NCBI GenBank assembly: GCA_965215565.1
Contig: CBDCDZ010000004.1
Coordinates: forward strand, 3,456,001 to 3,520,000
Origin: Trueperaceae bacterium
GTDB taxonomy: Bacteria; Deinococcota; Deinococci; Deinococcales; Trueperaceae
Length of the DNA stretch: 64,000 nt
Direction: 5' to 3'
A model generated the notes under the pieces. It worked only from the letters and a program-made list of their open reading frames with translations. It made no database searches and had not been told where the DNA came from. A program made the translations under genes and the position numbers. Shown here in pieces: positions 8,322 to 17,476 of this stretch (position 1 is its first letter; every line of letters starts with the position of its first letter).

Positions 8322-8796
8322 GGGCTTTGAGGTCTTTTAGATGAGCGCTCTGAACATCGCTGTCGATAATACCCGAGGAGGAGAAATAGGGGTGCTCTTT
8401 CCGCCAAGCCGCTAGAACAAGTTCATCAAGCTCGCCGTGCAACCGGAAGATAGTCTGTCTCACCTCTTCTACCTGAACGAGTAACGCTAAAAGTTCCGGT
8501 GCTTTATCCGTAGCCTCAAGCTCTCGTTTCATCTCCGGTATGTTGAAGTTGGGCAACTTCTCCGTGAAGCGAAAATCGTGGTCACGCCACAGTTCATCGG
8601 GCGCGATGAGACCCTCTTCTAACCCCTGACGGATGATGACGGGCGCTTCTTCGAGCGCTTCTACAACCCTTGTGAACGCGCTCAGAATTTCTCGAAGACT
8701 CCGCTCGAGTTCTTCTTGCACCACTCGAGACGTATCGGAAAGTAAGTGCTGAAGTTGCTTAGAATAGCCTTCAGTTGCTTGAAGAGGCGTGTCCAT
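8308..8796 (-). CDS. hypothetical protein in the antitoxin position
   Basis: overlaps the vapC start by 14 nt; leaderless TATAAT 5 nt upstream. Confidence 0.65.
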   Translation of the reverse strand: MDTPLQATEGYSKQLQHLLSDTSRVVQEELERSLREILSAFTRVVEALEEAPVIIRQGLEEGLIAPDELWRDHDFRFTEKLPNFNIPEMKRELEATDKAPELLALLVQVEEVRQTIFRLHGELDELVLAAWRKEHPYFSSSGIIDSDVQSAHLKDLKALDRR

Positions 8797-8855
8797 ACCT
8801 CATTATAGACGACACGATAACGCCACGTCCTTCATAAGTTTCATATACTAAGCCT

Positions 8856-9320
8856 ATGTCGAATCATTTCGAAGGCGGCAAAGCCGTCATGGTGGATGTT
8901 TCTGAGAAAACCGAGACGAAGCGTGAAGCGGTGGCGCGTGCCACGTTGGACTTGCCCGAGGCTGCCCTCCACGCGCTCCAAGCAGGCGGCGTAGGCAAAG
9001 GAGACGCCGTTGCGGTTGCCGAACTTGCAGGCATCATGGGCGCGAAGCGCACTTCGGAGTTGATACCGCTCTGCCACCCGCTCCCTCTCACTAAAGTTTC
9101 CGTCGTCGGTGAGCTGGACGCGCTAAGAGGTCAGGTGACTTTCACGGCAACGTGCCGCGTCACGGGCAAGACCGGCGTCGAGATGGAGGCTTTAACGGCG
9201 GCGAGTATCGCGGCGCTAACGCTCTACGACATGCTCAAAGCGGCAAGCAAAGGTATCGTCATCCGCGAGACCAAACTTTTAAGCAAAACGGGTGGCAAGT
9301 CGGGCGCGTGGAGTGTTTAA
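8856..9320 (+). CDS. moaC: cyclic pyranopterin monophosphate synthase
   Basis: MVDVSEK, LIPLCHP, TGVEMEAL, LYDMLKA, KTGGKSG. Confidence 0.97.
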   Translation: MSNHFEGGKAVMVDVSEKTETKREAVARATLDLPEAALHALQAGGVGKGDAVAVAELAGIMGAKRTSELIPLCHPLPLTKVSVVGELDALRGQVTFTATCRVTGKTGVEMEALTAASIAALTLYDMLKAASKGIVIRETKLLSKTGGKSGAWSV

Positions 9321-9335
9321 TGTGGAGTATCTGAT

Positions 9336-9812
9336 ATGGCACGCTTGACGTTCGCGCGGGCGCTCTCCCAGGACGATGAGGACGATTTAGAGTCCATCGA
9401 CCTCTCTTACGCGCAGTATTTCGGTTTAGAGCCTATCGTGACGCGCTCGTCGCTCAACTTTTACACGCGCACAGGGCACGCTTTTATCTCGGTCAAAGAG
9501 GGCGAGGTGACGGGCTTCGCCTTCGCCCAGTCCATCTGGAACGGCACACGCCCGACGGTTTATCTGAACCGCTTAGCCGTCGCTGATTTGGATGATACCG
9601 AGTCCCGTTTGGCTCTCATCGAAGCTGTGACCAAAAGCGCTTACGACGCGGCGGTGTACGATTTGCAGGTCCAACTCCCCAAAGGTGATAAATCTGGCAT
9701 AAGTGCGCTCGCAGACAAGGGATACTCGGAAGTGGACGTCGTGACGTTTGCGAGGGTTTTGGGCTCGAGGGGACAAAAGCAGGTGTCATCTGGTCAAAAA
9801 CGCTCTGAGTAG
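9336..9812 (+). CDS. Deinococcota GNAT-fold protein (DUF1999-like)
   Basis: SLNFYTRTGHAF, FAQSIWNG, AVTKSAYDAAVY motifs. Confidence 0.75.
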   Translation: MARLTFARALSQDDEDDLESIDLSYAQYFGLEPIVTRSSLNFYTRTGHAFISVKEGEVTGFAFAQSIWNGTRPTVYLNRLAVADLDDTESRLALIEAVTKSAYDAAVYDLQVQLPKGDKSGISALADKGYSEVDVVTFARVLGSRGQKQVSSGQKRSE

Positions 9813-9880
9813 AGAAAGCGCTTGTGAACGCATCACGTTCATAGATGATATCTGTGTCATTCAAGCTCAGTTGACATGAG
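9778..9880 (-). repeat. family A element overlapping the 3' end of the 9336 gene
   Basis: AGCAGGTGTCATCTGGTC...GATGATATCTGTG; right boundary approximate. Confidence 0.75.
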
Positions 9881-9902
9881 ATTTCAAAAGGGGAGAGCGA
9901 GC

Positions 9903-10109
9903 ATGACGAGAGTTTTATTAGGCATACGCGGCATGGACAACGAGGGCGACGAAGGTAAAGTCGAAGAGACCCTGCTTTCTGTCGAGGGTGTGCAGAGCGT
10001 CGAAGCGTCACGTGGTCAAGCGGCTGTAGAGTATGACCCGGCGGACAGCACCATTACGGATTTAATTCGCGCCCTTCGCAAAGTGGGCTTTTCAGCCGGG
10101 ATGGAGTAG
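9903..10109 (+). CDS. HMA-fold (CopZ-like) protein lacking CxxC
   Basis: IRGMDNEGDEGKVEETLLSVEGV...VEYDP...LRKVGF; GGGAG SD. Confidence 0.75.
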   Translation: MTRVLLGIRGMDNEGDEGKVEETLLSVEGVQSVEASRGQAAVEYDPADSTITDLIRALRKVGFSAGME

Positions 10110-10138
10110 GGCGAATCTCTAAGCGTTAGAATCGGGGG

Positions 10139-10468
10139 ATGGCATCTGACTTAGGTCCAACTCCTAATGTTTACGTCGGGGTGTATCTGGCTCGCCTCGA
10201 GATGCCTTGGGTGAGTAGCCTTAAAGAGAAACGCTCGCTAATCAAGCCTGTCACGGAAAAGCTCAAGGTGCGTTTTCCTGTGTCGGTGGCGCGGCTCGGC
10301 GGGCTTGACGCGCACGACTGGGAACTGATCGGGGCAACCGCCATTAGCGCTGACCCGGTGTGGTTGGAGGGGATGCTCGGCAAAGTCGGTGACTTTGTTG
10401 CGGCGCACGGTGTGTACCGCGTCGCTGAGAGCAGTGTGGAGTTAGAGCTGTGGTCGAGCGGCGATTGA
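10139..10468 (+). CDS. DUF503 (YlxP-like) protein
   Basis: SLKEKRSLIKP...RFPVSVA motif. Confidence 0.85.
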   Translation: MASDLGPTPNVYVGVYLARLEMPWVSSLKEKRSLIKPVTEKLKVRFPVSVARLGGLDAHDWELIGATAISADPVWLEGMLGKVGDFVAAHGVYRVAESSVELELWSSGD

Positions 10469-10551
10469 GTTATTTAGTGGTTGTCTATGAAGGCTTAGAA
10501 ACGTGCTCGCGCTGTTGAGTCCGGTGGGTTTGCGGTAGGATAGAGCTTTAA

Positions 10552-10663
10552 TAGCAGGTATCATCTGGTTAGCTACACCCTCACCAAAGAGAACATCATT
10601 TAGCACACACTTGATTGTGATGATATCTGCGAAGAAGTGGTGCAACGATAAGTGGAACTGCTA
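10552..10663 (-). repeat. family A element, full copy
   Basis: TAGCAGGTATCATCTGG...GATGATATCTGCG...GTGGAACTGCTA. Confidence 0.9.
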
Positions 10664-10720
10664 TAAGAAGCTTAGAGGGGCGCACACAAGCGCTCACGGA
10701 CGAATAAAGGAGCTTAGAGC

Positions 10721-11101
10721 ATGGCAAACACATTAGAGACGCGCGCTGCGCCAGATAATCTTGGAGCAAAAGATCGCGTCATCGTTACCGACGAAGCGCT
10801 CTCGACGATTATCGGGCTCGCCGCCCATGAGGTGCCGGGCGTCGTGGGGATGTCGCCCGCGAACTTCCGCGAGGGCGTGCGGCGGATTTTAGGGGCGCAG
10901 CAGGTGGACGAGGGTGTCGAGATTGCGAGGGGTGAAGAGACGATCGTCACGCTCTATCTCGTGGTGGCGTACGGCGTCAACATTCCGGCAGTCGCTGAAT
11001 CAGTGCGTGAGCGCGTGTTCTACGCGGCGGGAACGTTCGCGGGCGTCGAGGTCTCGAGGGTGCAGATTCATATCGTGGGGGTAGGCCGTGGCGAGCGCTA
11101 G
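10721..11101 (+). CDS. Asp23/Gls24 family protein (YloU-like)
   Basis: AAHEVPGVVGM, VAYGVNIPAVA; directly upstream of the DAK2 gene. Confidence 0.9.
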   Translation: MANTLETRAAPDNLGAKDRVIVTDEALSTIIGLAAHEVPGVVGMSPANFREGVRRILGAQQVDEGVEIARGEETIVTLYLVVAYGVNIPAVAESVRERVFYAAGTFAGVEVSRVQIHIVGVGRGER

Positions 11102-12704
11102 CGCCGGAGCAAATGCTGGAGCCGGGCAGACTCTGGCGGTCAAAGACCTCTGCACCGCCTTTGTCTACGCGACGGATTGGCTGGGCGTCTACGTCGAAGA
11201 GGTCAACGCGCTCAACGTTTACCCCGTGCCCGACGGCGACACGGGCACGAACATGCACCTCACCATGCAGTCCGTGCGCCGCCAGCTCAACGAGGAGCGC
11301 CCCAAGACGATGGAGGACTTGGCGCACGCCCTCTCGTATGGGTCGCTACTAGGGGCGCGGGGCAATTCGGGTGTGATTTTGAGTCAGGTCTTAAAAGGTT
11401 TTGCGGAGGCGATCCGCGACCAGCGTGCGTTAGAGGCGCAAGCGTGCATCGACGCCCTAAAAGGTGCTACCAAAAGCGCCTACGCCGCCGTGATGAAGCC
11501 CGTCGAGGGAACCATTCTGACGGTGGTGCGCAGAGCGGCGGAAGGAGCGGAAGAGGCGGGCTCGGCGCATCCTTTGACCGTCCTCAAAGACGCTTGGAAA
11601 GCGGGACAGAAAGCGCTGCAAGAAACCCCTGAGATGCTGCCGATGCTCAAGCAAGCGGGCGTGGTGGACTCGGGCGGGCTAGGCTTTCTGCGCGTGTTGG
11701 AGGGCGTCATCGCCTCGTTCGAGGGGCGCGACTTGCCCAAGCCGCCCAAGATCGAATCCCGCGCCCAGGAGCAGTTCGAGGAGCAGGAGTTCGGCTTCTG
11801 CACGGAGTTTTTGCTGGAGAACGTCTCCGTCCCGACGAAAGAGATTCAGGAGATGGTTCAAGACTACGGCGACTCCCTCCTCGTCGTCGGCGCAGAGGGT
11901 TTCGTAAAGGGGCACATCCACACCGAAGAGCCCGAAAAGCTCCTCGCCGCCGTAGTGCGCTACGGCTCGATGGTGCGCTCCAAAATTGAGGACATGAGCG
12001 AGCAGCACCACGAGATTCTAGAGGGCGTCAATATGAGCGAGGCAGAGCCGCCCAAGAGTGCGCTCGTCGCGGTCAGTGCGGGCTACGGCATCACGAAAGT
12101 TTTCCGCTCGCTAGGCGCGCGCGTCGTCGGGGGCGGACAGACGAACAACCCGAGCGTCCAAGACATCGCGGACGCGGTGCGTACAGTCGGTGCGGACGAC
12201 GTGATCATCATGCCGAACAATAAAAATATCATCATGGCCGCTGAGCGCGTCGGTGACATCGTCAAGGAGAAGCGCATCCGCGTGTTGCCCACGCGCACTG
12301 TCGGGCAGGGTCTCGCCGCCGCCGTGCTCTTTAGCGAGAGCAGCGAAGCGGAGGAGCTTTTTGAAGAGATGAAGGAGGCGGCGGAGCACGCCCTGACCCT
12401 GGAGGTCACCACCGCGAGCCGCACCACGACGGTGGAGGGCGTCGAAGTGACCGAAGGCGACTACATCGGCTTGGTCAATAGCGACCTCAAGGTGGCGGCG
12501 AAAAGCCCGGAGGAGAGCCTGAAGAAGCTCTTGGAGGAGTCCGCCGACTCCTTTGAGATCGGTACGCTTTTCTATAGCCCTTCAGTCGGCGAGGAGAAGG
12601 CGACGGCGTTAGCGGAGGAACTCGTTGAGGAATTTCCTGACTTGGAGATCGAACTCCACCCCGGCAGTCCTGACTTGTATGCGTACTTGATGGCGCTCGA
12701 GTGA
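11088..12704 (+). CDS. DAK2-domain fatty acid kinase subunit A-like (YloV)
   Basis: NALNVYPVPDGDTGTNM, GARGNSGVILSQ, KPVEGTILTV, GGQTNNPS. Confidence 0.93.
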   Translation: MASASAGANAGAGQTLAVKDLCTAFVYATDWLGVYVEEVNALNVYPVPDGDTGTNMHLTMQSVRRQLNEERPKTMEDLAHALSYGSLLGARGNSGVILSQVLKGFAEAIRDQRALEAQACIDALKGATKSAYAAVMKPVEGTILTVVRRAAEGAEEAGSAHPLTVLKDAWKAGQKALQETPEMLPMLKQAGVVDSGGLGFLRVLEGVIASFEGRDLPKPPKIESRAQEQFEEQEFGFCTEFLLENVSVPTKEIQEMVQDYGDSLLVVGAEGFVKGHIHTEEPEKLLAAVVRYGSMVRSKIEDMSEQHHEILEGVNMSEAEPPKSALVAVSAGYGITKVFRSLGARVVGGGQTNNPSVQDIADAVRTVGADDVIIMPNNKNIIMAAERVGDIVKEKRIRVLPTRTVGQGLAAAVLFSESSEAEELFEEMKEAAEHALTLEVTTASRTTTVEGVEVTEGDYIGLVNSDLKVAAKSPEESLKKLLEESADSFEIGTLFYSPSVGEEKATALAEELVEEFPDLEIELHPGSPDLYAYLMALE

Positions 12705-12815
12705 CCTCTCGGGATCACTGTGGAATACCATGATGAACGTATGGAGAACTGTAGGGGAGCGCTTAGCGAGCTTAACCGCTTTGCTTATACCTTGTGAGAG
12801 AAAGGATGTACAACA

Positions 12816-13631
12816 ATGAAACGATCGGCTTTGCTTGTATTTGCCTGTATGACGCTGCTGAGCTTGTCCGCTTGCACGATTGTGATAGGAGGCGGCAATT
12901 CGAGGTTCTCTGGAGCCACCGACGTCGCGGTTGGTGAAGACTTTAGCACGCCTGCTTTAGAGGATGTCGAGGCGGACGAGGCGGTGTTCTACCGAATCCG
13001 CCTCTCAGACGTAGAGAGTGACTTAGTTGTTATCGAAGCGGACGCCGCAAGTGAGGACGACGCGCTCGAGGTGAACGTTTACAGCGCAAGTGGCAGCGCC
13101 ATCCTGACGAGCACCAGCCCGGACTATTTCGGACCTGTGGGCTCAGCGAGCACCGGGGTGAGCGCTCAGCAAGTGGACACCACCATCTCCTGTAACGGTC
13201 CCTGCGCCGCGATCCGCCCCTCTTCCGAAGAGCAGATTTATGTGTCCGTAGACTCGAGTGGCGCGCAGACGTTTGACCTCTACGTCGTAGGCGTTGACTT
13301 CACCGACGAGACCGAGCCCAACGGCTCCATTCGCGAGCCCGCCTCGCTCGCCCAAGATCAAGCAGCCGCCATTGAATTCGTCGGCGACGAAGACTTCTTC
13401 CAGAGTGAGAACGATGTATCGAGCGTGTCTATCTCGACGGACACGCCTGAACTTGAGCTTCGTTTCGACGTCTACTCAGAGTCGGGGCGGGTTCTAGGCT
13501 CGGGTACTCCCGGTGAACCCTTCACCTTGCCGAACAACCAGTCCGCCCAACAACTTATCGTGAGCGTCACCTCGCAGAGTGACCGCGCGGGGGTCGGGGG
13601 CAGCGCTAACTACGGCGTTAGTTTCGATTAG
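12816..13631 (+). CDS. putative acidic lipoprotein
   Basis: lipobox LSAC after a hydrophobic stretch; DETEPNGS motif. Confidence 0.75.
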   Translation: MKRSALLVFACMTLLSLSACTIVIGGGNSRFSGATDVAVGEDFSTPALEDVEADEAVFYRIRLSDVESDLVVIEADAASEDDALEVNVYSASGSAILTSTSPDYFGPVGSASTGVSAQQVDTTISCNGPCAAIRPSSEEQIYVSVDSSGAQTFDLYVVGVDFTDETEPNGSIREPASLAQDQAAAIEFVGDEDFFQSENDVSSVSISTDTPELELRFDVYSESGRVLGSGTPGEPFTLPNNQSAQQLIVSVTSQSDRAGVGGSANYGVSFD

Positions 13632-13726
13632 CGCGCCGCAAAGGTTGAAAGCTGAACTTTTTACCTCTTAACGCTTCTTCAACCTCCCCTCACAGCGCGT
13701 CATCCTCTTTAGGCTACACTCTGAGG

Positions 13727-14653
13727 ATGACGCGCTTTTTTTTAGTTCTACTCATCCTTTTATCCTTTGGTGCGACGTTCGCTCAACGTTGCCTCAGCGA
13801 GCTGCAAGCCGGTGTACCTCAAAACGAGCTGGCTGATCCCGCCACCGGACGCGACGCGGCTTCGTTCCTCAAACGGGCGGTGGACTTGCTCGAGCCTGTC
13901 CTCCCGCCCCTCTTCACGGTGAGCGACGCGCCCGTTTCTAGCGAGGATGCTAGCTACAGTGAGGTGCGCTTTTTGGCAGAGCGCGGGCTTCTACCTGGTA
14001 CGTGGGACGCGGACACGCTCGCCCCCGAAACCTGGACGGAGATGGTCTCTAGCGTCGCCGCTTGGTACGACTTGGACTTTACCCAAGAGGTCGCCGCCGC
14101 GCCTACAAAAGGTCAACTGCTGGCTGACCTCGCTAATTTAATCGAGCGAGCCGCGCCGCAGCTCGAGCCCGTCGCGCTGCTCGCCTATGACCCGCAAGGG
14201 GGCGGCGTCACCTTCTGGGCGATCATCCGCAATGGCGGCGTCTATCCGCGTATGATCGTGCAGCGTCCGCCTGCAGAGGGTGTGGACGCGCGCCGCGATA
14301 CGCAGCGGGCGCTCTCTCTCTTGGGGAGCTGCGTGTATTCGCTCAGCAACTACGTCTCCGCACCTGCGGACACAGCGCAACGACTCTTTCTGGCGAACAG
14401 TGACGCGCAGATGGTCATCGCGCAAGCGGACCCGCCCATAGAAGGGACGGTAGGGCAGAACCTCATCTACGTTCCCGAAGGGGAAGAGGCTGAGGTTCTG
14501 CGCTTTGAGGGCCCGGAGGCAGACGTGTATGAGCAATACGCCGCGCTCTTCGTCGGTCCGAGCATCGGCGTGCCTGCGCTTTTGCGCATCATCCCGCAAC
14601 TGCGTACGAACATGAACCCGAGGGAGATCATCGCGTTCGTGCGGGGGTCTTAG
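13727..14653 (+). CDS. hypothetical exported protein
   Basis: signal peptide ending TFA-Q; leaderless TACACT. Confidence 0.75.
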   Translation: MTRFFLVLLILLSFGATFAQRCLSELQAGVPQNELADPATGRDAASFLKRAVDLLEPVLPPLFTVSDAPVSSEDASYSEVRFLAERGLLPGTWDADTLAPETWTEMVSSVAAWYDLDFTQEVAAAPTKGQLLADLANLIERAAPQLEPVALLAYDPQGGGVTFWAIIRNGGVYPRMIVQRPPAEGVDARRDTQRALSLLGSCVYSLSNYVSAPADTAQRLFLANSDAQMVIAQADPPIEGTVGQNLIYVPEGEEAEVLRFEGPEADVYEQYAALFVGPSIGVPALLRIIPQLRTNMNPREIIAFVRGS

Positions 14654-14687
14654 CCTCGCTCTAACGACTGGACATAGAGATTGGTGA

Positions 14688-14717
14688 AAGAGGCTCGAGG
14701 TTGACCTCGAGCCTCTC
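14688..14717. terminator. hairpin, probable terminator
   Basis: AGAGGCTCGAGG-ttga-CCTCGAGCCTCT. Confidence 0.6.
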
Positions 14718-14734
14718 TATCTGAAAGGTATCTC

Positions 14735-14893
14735 TTGGTAGCTCCACGACGCACTGAAACATATGAGCGCTTTCCGTAGGCTTCCGCCAAAGGCGGGAGA
14801 CGGAAGTTTTGGCAACGCCAAAGGCACCATCACCGAACATGTGTGCTAGACAGTATTTTTACAGTGACAGCTCTGACCAGATAATACCCGCTG
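14735..14893 (+). repeat. family A element with a ~50-bp multi-hairpin insertion
   Basis: CCACGACGCACTGAAACATATGAGCGC [insert] ...GTGTGCTAGACA...CTCTGACCAGATAATACCCGCT. Confidence 0.75.
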
Positions 14894-14955
14894 TCTCCAA
14901 CGCACAAAAACGCTGTGACCTCTCCTGTTATGCTCCGTTTTGCAGGAGGTTCACT

Positions 14956-15375
14956 ATGTCAGCCATTCTCTGGGCGCTCATCGCCATGCTCGCCTACTCC
15001 TTTGTTGCGCCCTTCGTGAGCCGCGCCATCGGCGGCGGAATGCCCGAGTTCTTAGTTTTGCTCATCACCTCGGTGATGCTCGTACTCGCGTCGCTCCTTG
15101 TCGCCGCGCTCACAGGTGAACTCAAGGTGCGCGAGTTAGCGCACCCGTCCGCTTGGAGTGCGTACCTTGCAGGCGCGTTCTTAGCGGTGGGCATCATCAC
15201 CTACTACCGCGCCCTATCGCTCGGCGCGGTGAGCGTGGTGGTGCCCATTTTCGGGCTTTTTATCGTCGTGAGTTCGGTGGTGGGGTTCGTCTTTTTAGAT
15301 GAGCCGCTGACGCTGCGTAAGATAGCCGGAATCGTGCTGGCAGGCGTCGCGGTTTATTTGGTGGCGGGGGCCTGA
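14956..15375 (+). CDS. single-domain EamA/DMT transporter
   Basis: YYRALSLGAVSVVVP, FLDEPLTLRKIAG; AGGAGG SD. Confidence 0.9.
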   Translation: MSAILWALIAMLAYSFVAPFVSRAIGGGMPEFLVLLITSVMLVLASLLVAALTGELKVRELAHPSAWSAYLAGAFLAVGIITYYRALSLGAVSVVVPIFGLFIVVSSVVGFVFLDEPLTLRKIAGIVLAGVAVYLVAGA

Positions 15376-15509
15376 GCTAGCGGAGAGCTAGGCTCAAGAC
15401 CATAAGCAGCAATGTTGGCAAAGTGCGCCTCTAAACAAGTGATACCTGCCACATGAACTACTCCGCTAGGCAGGCAGTCATGTGAATCCTGAAACGGGTA
15501 AAGCCCGCG

Positions 15510-15998
15510 TCAGTCCAGCTTTTTGGCGTACCAGTCCAAAACCGGCTTCGCGTCGATCGCAAAGGTGTAGCCCAGCGAGCGCCAGAACCGCTTCGCTCTC
15601 GGATTGCGCCCGTAAATACTCGCTAAAATCCGCTTGGTGCGTCCTCTGAGCTTGGTCTCTAATTCGCCGATGCAGAGACGTCCGTAGCCTCTATTCTGGA
15701 GCGCTTCGGGGATGAGCAAGAGGTTGACGGTTGCGTCACCCGCTTCGGGGTAGTCGAGTTTGTAATCCAAGTAGCCTACTACGCGCTCACGCGCGCCCTC
15801 ATTGGTCAGCATCAGTTCGGTATGGCGTTTAGGGTCTTGGGCGGCAGCCTCGAGTTCGTGTTTAACCTCTTCTAACGTCGGGAGCGGGATAGAGATGATC
15901 TCAAAGTAGCTCGGCGACTGGCTGTATACGTCAAAAATGCGCTCAGCATCGGCTGGCGATGCGGGACGTAATGACATGGTTGCTACAGCAGTGTGCAC
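15510..15998 (-). CDS. GNAT N-acetyltransferase
   Basis: QNRGYG motif A, NPRAKRFWRSLGY; GTG start chosen from the AAGGGAG SD. Confidence 0.88.
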   Translation of the reverse strand: MHTAVATMSLRPASPADAERIFDVYSQSPSYFEIISIPLPTLEEVKHELEAAAQDPKRHTELMLTNEGARERVVGYLDYKLDYPEAGDATVNLLLIPEALQNRGYGRLCIGELETKLRGRTKRILASIYGRNPRAKRFWRSLGYTFAIDAKPVLDWYAKKLD

Positions 15999-16174
15999 AG
16001 GAACTCCCTTCGGAGGTAGTTGAGCGCTGTCTTTCAAGTTAGCTCAGTATACCTCTCTCTTATAAACGTATGCGGTGACACGTCTAACGTAAGAGCAGGT
16101 ATCAGGGTCACACGTTGAGAGGTGGGACTTGCGCCCACGCACGAGGTAGCGAACGGCTGCTGGTAAACTGCGCC

Positions 16175-17212
16175 ATGCCCCCTACTCAGCCCGCTATCTT
16201 TATTGACGGACATTTAGACCTCGCCTACAACGCCCTCGCCGCAGGGCGTGATCTCACCCTTTCCTTAGAGGAACTGCGCCGCACCCAAGACGAAACCGCG
16301 CTCGTCACCCTGCCCGAGCTGCGCCGCGCCGGGGTGCGCGTCGTCTTAGGCACGGTTTTTGTGAGACCGGCGGACGCGAAGTCCTTGGGCGGAAAGGGGA
16401 CGTTGGAGGGCAAAGTCTACGAAACACCCGAAGAGGCGAGGAAGCTCGCTCTGGCGCAGTTGGAGCTTTACGAGCGTTGGGAAGAGGCGGGCGAGGTGCG
16501 TATCGTGCGTACCCTGGCTAATTTAGAGAGCCATTTGGCTGCGAGTGCGGAGGATTCGCGCGTCGGCGTCGTCCTCTTGATGGAGAACGCCGACCCCTTG
16601 CGCACGCCGGCTGACCTTGACGAATGGGTCCGGCGAGGTCTGCGCGTCATCGGTCCCGCTTGGCAGCGCACGCGCTACGCGGGCGGCACGAGAGCGCCGG
16701 GTCCGCTCACGGATTTGGGCGTAGAACTCATTCAAGCGATGAACGAAGCGGATGTGACGCTCGACGTGAGCCACTTCGCTGAGGAGAGCTTTTGGGGTGC
16801 GCTGGACCTAAATCCTGTTTCCGTCATCGCGAGCCACAGCAACGCTCGCTCGCTCGTCCCCACCGACCGCCACCTCTCGGACGACATGCTCTTAGCGCTC
16901 GCCGAGCGTGACGCGGTAGTCGGGCTAGTCATCGCCAATCCGTTTTTGCGAACGGGTGTGACGCAGGACTCGCGCAAAGAGGAGACTACCTTGCAACACG
17001 TGCGCCGCCACGCCGAACACATCGCCGAACGTATCGGCTGGGAGCGCGTGGCGATAGGGAGCGACTTCGACGGCGGTTTCGGCGTGCCAGACGTGCCGAA
17101 AGAGGTCGGGGGCGTCGCCGACTTCGCTAGACTGGGTGAAGCGGTCCCCGAAGAGGTTAGGGCGGGCTTCTTAGGGGAGAACTGGCTGCGGTTTTTGCGG
17201 CGGGTTTTATAG
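16175..17212 (+). CDS. membrane dipeptidase (M19) family
   Basis: DGHLD, LLME, DVSH, ASHSN, IGSDFDG, GENWLR. Confidence 0.93.
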   Translation: MPPTQPAIFIDGHLDLAYNALAAGRDLTLSLEELRRTQDETALVTLPELRRAGVRVVLGTVFVRPADAKSLGGKGTLEGKVYETPEEARKLALAQLELYERWEEAGEVRIVRTLANLESHLAASAEDSRVGVVLLMENADPLRTPADLDEWVRRGLRVIGPAWQRTRYAGGTRAPGPLTDLGVELIQAMNEADVTLDVSHFAEESFWGALDLNPVSVIASHSNARSLVPTDRHLSDDMLLALAERDAVVGLVIANPFLRTGVTQDSRKEETTLQHVRRHAEHIAERIGWERVAIGSDFDGGFGVPDVPKEVGGVADFARLGEAVPEEVRAGFLGENWLRFLRRVL

Positions 17213-17320
17213 CAGGTATCGTCTGGTTTGAGCCAATCTCACTAAAGAGAACATTGTTTAGCACGCACTTTAGGGGATGATATCTGCGCCATTTCAGCTC
17301 AATGTTTATGATAACCGCTT
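17210..17320 (-). repeat. family A element; its terminal TAG is the dipeptidase stop codon
   Basis: TAGCAGGTATCGTCTGG...GATGATATCTGCGC. Confidence 0.88.
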
Positions 17321-17329
17321 TACCTAAGA

Positions 17330-17448
17330 AGCAATCCAGTCAAGCTGGTACACGCTAGTTCTTGCGAAGCAAACGAACGGTGAGTTCAAAGCAATGAGCA
17401 ATGAGTAGAAGGCTTTAGACTCATTGCTCATTGCTCGCTACTCATTGC
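17330..17448. repeat. family B element with 46-bp insert (17336-17381)
   Basis: insert differs by 1 nt from 4569-4614; GCAATGA/CTCATTG heptamers. Confidence 0.9.
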
Positions 17449-17476
17449 TTTCTAGCAGCCTGATAATCTAATAACC

